A stretch of 64,000 nucleotides of DNA from contig CABYSX010000007.1 in the NCBI GenBank assembly GCA_902521795.1, positions 297 to 64,296 of the forward strand, written 5' to 3'. This DNA is from an uncultured Alphaproteobacteria bacterium (lineage in GTDB: Bacteria; Pseudomonadota; Alphaproteobacteria; HIMB59). Under the pieces are notes generated by a model. The model was not told the DNA's origin, ran no database searches, and worked only from the letters and a program-made list of their open reading frames with translations. This document shows positions 44,229-52,597 of this stretch, one piece after another. The translations under genes were made by a program, and so were the position numbers. Within the stretch, counting starts at the first letter, position 1. Every line of letters begins with the position of its first letter.

Positions 44229-45680
44229 TTGAGTAATAAATGTATGAAACTTGCTAAATTTTCATATTTTGTATTTTTTGCTTTTTATTCTATGTCATCA
44301 TTTGCTGAAAAAAGTTTTTTCAAAGATATAAGCAACCTCCTTCCTGACCAAAAACCAAGATTGAGCTACGGTGTTGCAGTTACTGATTTTGATAATGATG
44401 GAGCAGATGAGTTTATAGTTACAGGTTTTGGATATGAAAATCTTGCTCTAGGTTATGATGGAAACAGTCTTAAAAACAAAATTAAAGAAAATATTTTTAG
44501 TGACTTCAACAGGTCCACTATTGGAGTCGCTGCATGCGATATAGATAAAGATGGTCACGAAGAAATATATTTTTTGAATACTGATACATACAGTGGCCAA
44601 AAAATGTACTCAGATAGACTATTAAAACTTGTAGATAAAAATATTGAGGACTTGTTTGAAAAAGACATCAATCAAGATGAATTAAACTTAACTGCTGGTC
44701 GATCAGTTGTTTGTGTTGATAGAGAAGGCAAAGGTAATTATGGAATTTATGTTGCTAACTATGGGGGCCCTACTCGTTTTTACGAGTATATAGACAACAG
44801 AGTTGTAGACTTAGCTGAAAGTCTTAAGTTAGATGAGATAACAGGTGGAAGAGCTGTAGTTGCGGGGCATATAGTATCTGATCAAATGGATATTTTTGCA
44901 GCCAATGAAAGAGGTCCTAATTTTTTATATTTTAATAAAGAAGGAAAATTTTTGGATGTTGCAGGTCAAATGAATGTTAGAGATATCTATCAAAATGGTC
45001 GAGGCACAGCATTATCTGATATCTTGTACAGAGGTAGGCTGGATATACTAAACGGTAACTGGGGTGGTTATCATAGAGCTTATGTTTATGATGAATACAA
45101 ATTTAAAGATATAGCTGTTCCCTCTTTTGATGAACCCTCAAGAATAAGAACTGTTATATCTGCAGATTTTGATAATGATGGTTACGATGAAGTTTTTTTA
45201 AATAATATTGGCGAACCCAACAAATTATTCAAAATAGTTGAAAATGGTGTGTTTCAGGAAATTAAACTAAACAATGCTTTAGAACCAAAAGGACTTGGAA
45301 CTGGCGCTGCGGTTGCTGATATTGATAATGACGGTTTACTTGAGCTACTTATTTCGCACGGTGAGTCAGGATTACAACCGCTCTCATTATTTAAATTTAA
45401 TTCAGATGAAAAAACGTCTTATTTGAGGATAAGACCTTTAAATATGCACGGTGCACCTGCAAGAGGAGCAACAGTTACACTAATAACAAATAAAAGAGAG
45501 CACTCTAAAACAATTGATGCTGGATCTGGTTATCTTTGTCAAATGGAGCCAGTGGCTCACTATGGGATAAGAGAAAATGAAACTGAATTTAAATTTAAGG
45601 TTAAATGGACCAACGGTGATGAGGATTTGTTTGATGTGAAAAATCTAAATGAAACAATTATCGTAAAGCAAACATTATGA
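44229..45680 (+). CDS. CRTAC1-like FG-GAP beta-propeller with ASPIC/UnbV domain
   Basis: Signal peptide; repeated DxDxDG motifs (DFDNDG, DIDKDG, DIDNDG); IDAGSGYLCQMEPVAHYG. Confidence 0.88.
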   Translation: MSNKCMKLAKFSYFVFFAFYSMSSFAEKSFFKDISNLLPDQKPRLSYGVAVTDFDNDGADEFIVTGFGYENLALGYDGNSLKNKIKENIFSDFNRSTIGVAACDIDKDGHEEIYFLNTDTYSGQKMYSDRLLKLVDKNIEDLFEKDINQDELNLTAGRSVVCVDREGKGNYGIYVANYGGPTRFYEYIDNRVVDLAESLKLDEITGGRAVVAGHIVSDQMDIFAANERGPNFLYFNKEGKFLDVAGQMNVRDIYQNGRGTALSDILYRGRLDILNGNWGGYHRAYVYDEYKFKDIAVPSFDEPSRIRTVISADFDNDGYDEVFLNNIGEPNKLFKIVENGVFQEIKLNNALEPKGLGTGAAVADIDNDGLLELLISHGESGLQPLSLFKFNSDEKTSYLRIRPLNMHGAPARGATVTLITNKREHSKTIDAGSGYLCQMEPVAHYGIRENETEFKFKVKWTNGDEDLFDVKNLNETIIVKQTL

Positions 45681-46144
45681 CCAAAATTTTTTCAATATCT
45701 TTAATATTTATATTCTCATTTTTACATGCTAGCGAAAGAAATATTGTTGACTCAATATATGAGAATGAAAGATTACAAAAATTAAATGAATTTGTAATTG
45801 CTTCTGAACTTTCAAATAATTTATTAGCTTATGAAAATTTAACATTATTTGCTCCTTTAGATGATGCCTTTGCTGCTTTAAGTGCAAAGACTTACTATGG
45901 ATATCTAAAAGAAAAAAATAAAGATCAACTTCAAAGTTTAATTAATTTTCATTTTGTTGAAGGCGAATTCACTACTGAAAGTGTTGAAGATTCAATCAAC
46001 ACAAAATCAATTAATGGTCTAGATTTAGAAATAAAAAAAATTAATGGGATTTTATATGTGAATGGTGCTGAAGTTGTTGAGTCCAATATTAAGTTTTCTA
46101 ATGGTATTATTCATTTAACTAATAGAGTATTAATACCTAAGTAA
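45677..46144 (+). CDS. Secreted fasciclin (FAS1) domain protein
   Basis: TLFAPLDDAF (H1) and SNGIIHLTNRVL (H2); signal peptide. Confidence 0.9.
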   Translation: MTKIFSISLIFIFSFLHASERNIVDSIYENERLQKLNEFVIASELSNNLLAYENLTLFAPLDDAFAALSAKTYYGYLKEKNKDQLQSLINFHFVEGEFTTESVEDSINTKSINGLDLEIKKINGILYVNGAEVVESNIKFSNGIIHLTNRVLIPK

Positions 46145-46156
46145 AACTTCTAACCA

Positions 46157-47602
46157 CTAGTCCTCAACAACCATTGTATCTTTTGAGCCACCGCCCTGTG
46201 AGCTGTTTACAATAGTGCTACCTTTTTTCAAAGCGACCCGAGTTAAACCGCCCATAGTCACATATGTTTCCTTGCCAGATAATATAAATGGTCTTAAATC
46301 TTGATGTCTGGGCTCCATACTACTTCCTTGAAGTGTGGGAGTAGTTGATAAAATTTCTAAAGGTTGAGCTATGTAGTTTCTTGGGCTGTGGGTGATCTTT
46401 CTAGCATATGTATCCCTCTCTGATTTTGTAGCTTTAGGTCCAACTAATATTCCATAGCCACCAGAGCCATCAGCTGGTTTTACAATCATTTTTGACAAAT
46501 TAGCTATGACATGATCTCTTTGTTTTTTATTATTACATAAAAAAGTTTCTACTTGATTAAGTTTAGGCTCTTCATCTAAATAATATTTAATAATTTTAGG
46601 AACATAAGAATAAATAACTTTATCATCAGCAACACCACTACCTGGGGCATTGATTAGACCCACATTTCCTTTTCGATAGGATTTGTATAAGCCAGCAACC
46701 CCCAAAAGTGACTCTTTATAAAACGTTTTAGGGTCCAAAAAAGTATCATCTATTCTTCTGTATATGCAGTCTACTCTTAGTCCCCCTTTAACTGTCTTCA
46801 CATAAACTTTATCATCTTCTACGTACAAATCCTTTCCTTCGACCAATGCAACTCCCATTTGCTGAGCTAAAAAAGAGTGTTCAAAATATGCAGAATTGTA
46901 AACTCCAGGAGTTAATACAACCATTGTTGGTGTATTTTTTTTATATGGAATGGCATCTACCATGCAATGATATAACCTATTGCAATATTGATTGATTGAG
47001 GAAACTCTGTAGCGAGTAAACAACTCTGGGAAAACTTCTCCCATTACCATTCTGTTCTCTAACATATATGATACGCCTGAGGGAACTCTTAAATTATCCT
47101 CTAAAACTAAAAACTCCCCCTTTATATTTCTTATTAAATCTATTCCAGAGATATGAGACCAAATTTTTCTTTTAGGTTTGAATCCATCGCATTGTTTTAA
47201 ATAATTTTTTGAGTCAAAAACTAATTCGTAAGGTAATACCTTGTCTTTAAATATTTTTTTATCATTATAAACATCGTTAATAAAAAGATTCAAAGCCTTA
47301 CATCTTTGAATTAACCCTTTTCTAACTTTCAACCATTGTGACCTTAATATTATTCTTGGTATAATGTCTAATGGCCATTTTTTTTCTTCCGCAGCTTTTT
47401 TATCTGCAGAATAAACTTTAAAATTAATGCCTCTAGAGCTAATAGTGCTTTGACAATTTTGTTCTATTCTTGCTAAATCTTTACTTGTATAACCATTTAA
47501 TATTTTTGATATTACTCTTGCCTCTTTTCTTAACTTTCTATCAGAAGTAAGATACTCATCGTAACTACTCTTAGAATTATAATCATTCCAGTTAATAGAC
47601 AC
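46157..47602 (-). CDS. Circularly permuted ATP-grasp type 2 ligase
   Basis: WPLDIIPR, LEDNLRVPSGVSYMLENR, NSAYFEH, YRRIDD, DLRPF, VNSSQGGGSKD. Confidence 0.92.
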   Translation of the reverse strand: MSINWNDYNSKSSYDEYLTSDRKLRKEARVISKILNGYTSKDLARIEQNCQSTISSRGINFKVYSADKKAAEEKKWPLDIIPRIILRSQWLKVRKGLIQRCKALNLFINDVYNDKKIFKDKVLPYELVFDSKNYLKQCDGFKPKRKIWSHISGIDLIRNIKGEFLVLEDNLRVPSGVSYMLENRMVMGEVFPELFTRYRVSSINQYCNRLYHCMVDAIPYKKNTPTMVVLTPGVYNSAYFEHSFLAQQMGVALVEGKDLYVEDDKVYVKTVKGGLRVDCIYRRIDDTFLDPKTFYKESLLGVAGLYKSYRKGNVGLINAPGSGVADDKVIYSYVPKIIKYYLDEEPKLNQVETFLCNNKKQRDHVIANLSKMIVKPADGSGGYGILVGPKATKSERDTYARKITHSPRNYIAQPLEILSTTPTLQGSSMEPRHQDLRPFILSGKETYVTMGGLTRVALKKGSTIVNSSQGGGSKDTMVVED

Positions 47603-47708
47603 CCTAATAGAATACAGTAAATGATAATTGCCGGTTATGCATAGTTTAGATTGCTAATATGTAAATATTCGTTTGTATTTATTTAAAATTAGCTATTTAA
47701 TTAAATCT

Positions 47709-48434
47709 ATGACTTATTGTGTGGGTATTAAAGTAAATGAAGGAATGGTTTTTGCCTCAGATAGAAGGACAAATGCTGGTTTAGATAATTATAACTCTTA
47801 CACAAAAATGTATGTCCACAATGGTATTGATAGAAATATTGTTATTTTAACATCTGGTAATTTGGCAACATCTCAAGCTGTTTTTAATTCAATTAACAAA
47901 GATTTAGAAGATCCCACAAATGGAAATAGTTTGAACAATCTCTATAACCTTAATGAGATTGCGAAATATATTGGTAGATTAACAGTCCGACACTCCTCTC
48001 CAGATGGCATAAATCAAGTAACTCTAGAGTTAGGTTCAACATTTATTGTTGGTGGGCATATACAAAATCAAGAGTCTGATCTTTATTTGGTTTATCCCCA
48101 AGGAAATTTTATCAAGTCTAGTGAGTTCAAACCTTATCTTGTAATTGGGGAAATTAAGTACGGCAAACCCATATTAGATAGAGTTGTGAAATCAGATACC
48201 TATTTAGGTGATGCAGCCAGATGTGCTTTAATAAGTATGGATAGTACAATGAAAGCAGATTTATCTGTCGGCCCACCTATCGACTTGGTTGTTTATAAAA
48301 ATAATTTATCAAAAATAGTTTATCGGCAGTCTCTTGAAATCAATGATGAAGATTATCAATATATTTCAAAACAGTGGGAAAAAGGAATATTTGAAATTTT
48401 TAAATCTTTCGATCGCTTCAAATGGGAAGATTAA
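47709..48434 (+). CDS. Anbu proteasome-type Ntn protease
   Basis: MTYCVG (Thr1), ASDRRTNAGLD, SGNLATSQ, YPQGNFI, IGE.KYGKPILDR, SMDSTM; start moved to ATG 47709. Confidence 0.9.
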   Translation: MTYCVGIKVNEGMVFASDRRTNAGLDNYNSYTKMYVHNGIDRNIVILTSGNLATSQAVFNSINKDLEDPTNGNSLNNLYNLNEIAKYIGRLTVRHSSPDGINQVTLELGSTFIVGGHIQNQESDLYLVYPQGNFIKSSEFKPYLVIGEIKYGKPILDRVVKSDTYLGDAARCALISMDSTMKADLSVGPPIDLVVYKNNLSKIVYRQSLEINDEDYQYISKQWEKGIFEIFKSFDRFKWED

Positions 48435-48437
48435 AAT

Positions 48438-48596
48438 ATGGAACCCTCTCCTTTTGTCTCAAATCTAGCAAGCATCATAGTAATTAGCTTAGCTTTGTTT
48501 TCTTTTTTCTTAATGTTTAAGATGAAAGGTAAATATGTGGATATTGTATTCGGTTTTATTTTAGCAATAGTTGTTCTGTTAAAAATTATTTACTGA
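48438..48596 (+). CDS. 52-aa two-TM micropeptide
   Basis: Manual translation MEPSPFVSNLASIIVISLALFSFFLMFKMKGKYVDIVFGFILAIVVLLKIIY; starts 3 nt after the Anbu stop. Confidence 0.55.
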   Translation: MEPSPFVSNLASIIVISLALFSFFLMFKMKGKYVDIVFGFILAIVVLLKIIY

Positions 48597-48670
48597 CAAC
48601 AACCGTCACCACAAGTGCAACAGCATGAACAAGAACATCCACAGTCAGGTTTTGGTTTGTTTGTATCCAT
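48590..48670 (-). CDS. 26-aa Cys-rich metallothionein-like micropeptide
   Basis: Manual translation MDTNKPKPDCGCSCSCCCTCGDGCCQ* with 9 Cys. Confidence 0.65.
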   Translation of the reverse strand: MDTNKPKPDCGCSCSCCCTCGDGCCQ

Positions 48671-48676
48671 TAATAT

Positions 48677-48705
48677 TCAATAGCATTGTTTTTGGGTAAT
48701 TACAA
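48677..48705 (-). promoter_or_regulatory. Candidate sigma70 promoter for the Cys-rich micropeptide (leaderless geometry)
   Basis: Minus strand TTGTAA-N17-TATTGA, with a TG extended -10 element, ending 6 nt before the ATG. Confidence 0.35.
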
Positions 48706-48766
48706 TTGTATGAAATTAGTTGATAAATTTGGATTAATTAGCTAAATTCTGCAATTTAAAGAATAT

Positions 48767-49687
48767 ATGTATAACAAATCTCCAGCAACTATTGAAAATT
48801 GGTCTAATAATGAATACCCAATCAAAGATAAAGAAAAACTTCTTGAGATATTTTCTTTATCTTTAAAAGAAATTTATTCTAATCCTGACATTCAAAACCT
48901 AGTTGCCAGTCAAGAGGAATATAATTCTATTTATAACAAAGTGATGTTAAACCCTATATTTGATAGTCATCCTTTAGAATTTATATGGAGAGATAAAGAA
49001 GAAGATTTTTTATCTGATATTTCCTCAGCAATAAGCCTAGCCCATAATATTTTTGAAACTATTGAAACAAAAAATGCTTATTTAATATCACTAGCTGTAG
49101 CATTTAAAAAATCGGCGCCAAAAAATCTTGATAGCAAGGTCCTAGATAACGCCTCTGAGCTTATATATGAAGCAATTTTTAATATTGAAAATTCCAATCA
49201 ACAAAATAATTTTCAAACTGAAAACATCAAAGATGATTATAATTATACAACCGATGGTCAAGCACTAGCTTTTCAAATTCAATATCACCGGTGGATGATA
49301 TTAAATAAATCTACTCTTCCTGAAACAAGTTATATGAGAAATAGGTTTATTAATATTGTCATTAGAAAGAATTTTCCTAAGCATACTCCTAATCCTGAAA
49401 GCAAAACAGAGACAAGTTATGCAGAGTCTCATGCAAAATTGAAAGAAGAAATAACTAATCATATGAAATTTAAAAAAATAAAACTTTCAAATGAAGATTT
49501 AGAAAAGTGGATTAATTCATTTGTAAATAACGTGATGCTTGTCTATTACGGATTTTATAAATGGGATAAGCTAAGAGGAGATTTTTATAAGGTCATAGAT
49601 TTAGAAAATTTAAAATTTGGTGAAAAAATACCTGATCAATTTGAAAAAAATAATGAAGAATTCTCTAAATTCATAAATTTTTCTTAA
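48767..49687 (+). CDS. Hypothetical soluble protein
   Basis: 306 aa ORF with no recognised motif. Confidence 0.7.
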   Translation: MYNKSPATIENWSNNEYPIKDKEKLLEIFSLSLKEIYSNPDIQNLVASQEEYNSIYNKVMLNPIFDSHPLEFIWRDKEEDFLSDISSAISLAHNIFETIETKNAYLISLAVAFKKSAPKNLDSKVLDNASELIYEAIFNIENSNQQNNFQTENIKDDYNYTTDGQALAFQIQYHRWMILNKSTLPETSYMRNRFINIVIRKNFPKHTPNPESKTETSYAESHAKLKEEITNHMKFKKIKLSNEDLEKWINSFVNNVMLVYYGFYKWDKLRGDFYKVIDLENLKFGEKIPDQFEKNNEEFSKFINFS

Positions 49688-49709
49688 AATTAATAAATTT
49701 TAATAAGTA

Positions 49710-51311
49710 ATGAAAAGTACAAATATTTCATCATTTGCAAATTCTTTGGTTAAAGATTATATACCTGAAGAAGGCCCATCTTTTTCATTATTTAGAATTG
49801 AGATTTTATCTGGCTTAACTGTTGCCCTCGCATTAGTGCCAGAGGCAATAGCCTTTGCATTTGTTGCAGGTGTCACTCCCCTTTCTGGTCTTTATGCTGC
49901 TTTTATTGTAGGTTTAATAACCGCAATAATTGGTGGCCGTCCCGGGATGATATCTGGAGCCACAGGAGCCTTAGCTGTTGTAATGGTTTCTTTAGTTGTT
50001 GACCATGGTGCCCAGTATTTATTTGCCACTGTAGTATTGATGGGAATTCTTCAGATATTATCTGGAATATTTCGATTAGGTAAATTTATAAGAATGGTCC
50101 CTCAACCAGTTATGCTTGGATTTGTAAATGGATTAGCCATTGTAATTGGAATCTCTCAATTAAATCAATTTAAAACAATCAACTCAGCTGGAGAGTCCGT
50201 TTGGATGTCAGGAAATACTTTAATATATTCCTATTGTATCGTTGTGATAACGATGATTGTAATTTGGATATTACCTAAATTTTCAAAAGTATTTCCCTCA
50301 ACTCTAGTTGCTATTTTATTAAGCACAGGATTGGTGATAAGTTTTAATATTCCAATACCTAGAGTTGGTGATTTAGCAAGTGTTGCTGGTGGCCTTCCCT
50401 CTTTTTCAATACCAATGGTTCCTCTAAATCTAGAGACTTTAATAATTATCTTTCCTTATGCTGTTATATTGGCAGCTATAGGATTAATTGAAAGCTTATT
50501 AACATTAAATTTGGTTGGAGAGATTACAAATAAAAAAGGAGGAGCAAGTAAAGAATGTTTAGCTCAGGGTATCTCTAATACTGTGACTGGTTTTTTTGGA
50601 GGCATGGGTGGTTGCGCAATGATAGGTCAATCTATGATAAATGTAAAATCAGGTGGAAGAACTAGAATGTCAGGGGTGTCGGCAGCTTTATTTTTATTGA
50701 TTTTTATTTTATTTGCATCCTCTTACATTGAATTAATTCCTATAGCTGCATTAGTAGGAGTGATGTTTATGGTTGTTCTTGCAACTTTTGCTTGGAATTC
50801 TTTAAAATTATTATTTGTGGTACCCAAATCAGATGCTTTGGTAATAATTTTAGTAACTATTGTGACGGTTCTGGAAGATCTAGCTATAGCTGTTGTCGTT
50901 GGGGTAATTGTATCTGCTTTAGTTTTTGCTTGGAAATCAGCTTCTAGGATTAATGCTGTGGAAAGACCTTCTACCACGGAGAGTGGAGCTAAAGTTTATG
51001 AAATAGAAGGTCCCCTATTTTTTAGCTCAACCAACAGTTTTCTGGATATATTTAAACCTTCAAAAGATCCAGAGGTAGTTATTATTGATTTTGCAAGATC
51101 AAGAGTAATTGATCAGTCTGCTTTAAAAGCAATTGAGGATATTGCAAATAGATATTCTAATTTAGGTAAAAAAGTAAAATTAAGACATTTAACGCGCGAC
51201 TGTCATAGACTATTGTCTAAAACAGGTCAGTTGATAGTAGATAGTGATGATGATCCTGATTATAGTGTAGCAGTAGACTATGAAGTTAAAATTGGAATTT
51301 TTGGAAAATAA
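49710..51311 (+). CDS. SulP/SLC26 anion transporter with STAS domain
   Basis: LALVPEAIAFA, GGRPGMISGATGA, GGCAMIGQS, GPLFF. Confidence 0.93.
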   Translation: MKSTNISSFANSLVKDYIPEEGPSFSLFRIEILSGLTVALALVPEAIAFAFVAGVTPLSGLYAAFIVGLITAIIGGRPGMISGATGALAVVMVSLVVDHGAQYLFATVVLMGILQILSGIFRLGKFIRMVPQPVMLGFVNGLAIVIGISQLNQFKTINSAGESVWMSGNTLIYSYCIVVITMIVIWILPKFSKVFPSTLVAILLSTGLVISFNIPIPRVGDLASVAGGLPSFSIPMVPLNLETLIIIFPYAVILAAIGLIESLLTLNLVGEITNKKGGASKECLAQGISNTVTGFFGGMGGCAMIGQSMINVKSGGRTRMSGVSAALFLLIFILFASSYIELIPIAALVGVMFMVVLATFAWNSLKLLFVVPKSDALVIILVTIVTVLEDLAIAVVVGVIVSALVFAWKSASRINAVERPSTTESGAKVYEIEGPLFFSSTNSFLDIFKPSKDPEVVIIDFARSRVIDQSALKAIEDIANRYSNLGKKVKLRHLTRDCHRLLSKTGQLIVDSDDDPDYSVAVDYEVKIGIFGK

Positions 51312-51333
51312 ATTCAAATCATAATTAAAAATT

Positions 51334-51945
51334 ATGAAATCTCTTCGCAAAGGTATTGGCAACTCAAAAGATGTTGAGATATTTTATGATAAATGGTCAA
51401 ATTCTTACGATCAGACTTTGTATAATTGGAATTATAAAGCTCCAAAACAATCAGTAAATATCTTAAAAAAATTTGTTAAAAAGAAACCAAGATATCTTTT
51501 AGATCTAGCATGTGGTACAGGGCTTTTTGTTAAAGAATATTTGAAAACTTATCCCAATTGTATATGTGATGGCTCAGATATTTCAAAAAAGATTTTAAAC
51601 ATATCAGAACAAAATGGAAAATATAGAAGTCTATATAAAAAAAGTTTTGAAAAAAAAATTAAAATTATCAATAAATACAACATAGTAAGTCTAATTGGGG
51701 CTATGACATATTGTGAAAACCATCAATCACTTTTTAACTTAGTATCTAATTATTTAGATAAAAAAGGATATTTTATTTTTACTCAAAGAGAAGATCTATG
51801 GAAAGATCTCAATTTTGATAATGTATTGAAATCTAGATCTGATTTTATTTTAATATATAAATCTAGACCCTTAAATTATCTCCCAAAAAATAAGGATTTT
51901 GGTTCATATATTAAAATTAGGATTGTCTTATTAGCTAAGAAATGA
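51334..51945 (+). CDS. Class I SAM-dependent methyltransferase
   Basis: YDKWSNSYD, LDLACGTG, DIS. Confidence 0.82.
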   Translation: MKSLRKGIGNSKDVEIFYDKWSNSYDQTLYNWNYKAPKQSVNILKKFVKKKPRYLLDLACGTGLFVKEYLKTYPNCICDGSDISKKILNISEQNGKYRSLYKKSFEKKIKIINKYNIVSLIGAMTYCENHQSLFNLVSNYLDKKGYFIFTQREDLWKDLNFDNVLKSRSDFILIYKSRPLNYLPKNKDFGSYIKIRIVLLAKK

Positions 51946-52130
51946 TTTGGGAAATTGTATTTTGGCTGTTTTTAATTCCCTTAGTTATTTGGGGACTTCA
52001 TAAGTTATTTAGATATAGTGCTATTGGAATACCATTCATAAGAAAGAATAAAAAATTATATTGGGTATTCATGATTGGATTAATCTTGTTAATCAACTTT
52101 CTAGTAGATAAATTTTATCTTGTAAATTAA
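51942..52130 (+). CDS. Small membrane protein
   Basis: 62 aa, two TM segments, coupled to the upstream stop. Confidence 0.55.
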   Translation: MIWEIVFWLFLIPLVIWGLHKLFRYSAIGIPFIRKNKKLYWVFMIGLILLINFLVDKFYLVN

Positions 52131-52132
52131 TA

Positions 52133-52318
52133 ATGTCAGCTATCATTGAATTAACTAAAAACCCTAATTTTATGTGGTTTGTCTCATTTGGTTGTTTAGC
52201 TATTACATTTGTTACATGGCGTTTAAGCCAAAGTAATACTAAATGGAAAATTGTTTATGAAAGTTTTAAATACCTTACCGCAGGTTGTCTTTTGTTAATG
52301 TTTTTCAATATGTATTAA
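52133..52318 (+). CDS. Small membrane protein
   Basis: 61 aa with two hydrophobic segments. Confidence 0.55.
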   Translation: MSAIIELTKNPNFMWFVSFGCLAITFVTWRLSQSNTKWKIVYESFKYLTAGCLLLMFFNMY

Positions 52319-52342
52319 TAAGTTATAGTAATCTTTTTATAT

Positions 52343-52416
52343 ACCGCCGTAGCTCAGTGGTAGAGCACACCCTTGGTAAAAGTTGGTCAGAATTATAATT
52401 CTTCTTGGTGGCGCCA
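52343..52416 (+). pseudogene. Degenerate copy of tRNA-Thr(GGT)
   Basis: 36 nt (52344-52379) identical to nt 2-37 of the tRNA at 54591; 3' half alignable but anticodon stem and TTC loop are broken. Confidence 0.88.
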
Positions 52417-52597
52417 TTTTTAATACCTAAAAGAACTTTTTTCAAAATTGTGTAATCTTTTTGACATCTATTGGGAAATACTTTTACCTACCTAACTATC
52501 ATTATTAAAATTATTAGTTATAAATTAAAAAAACTTCTATTTTATAATAACAAAACTCTGGATTAGTTAAGAGTTTAAAATTTGAATATTAACAAAG

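Noticed and set aside
52343-52416. A second functional tRNA-Thr
   Set aside because: Anticodon stem cannot pair, the TTC loop is lost and the first acceptor pair is mismatched
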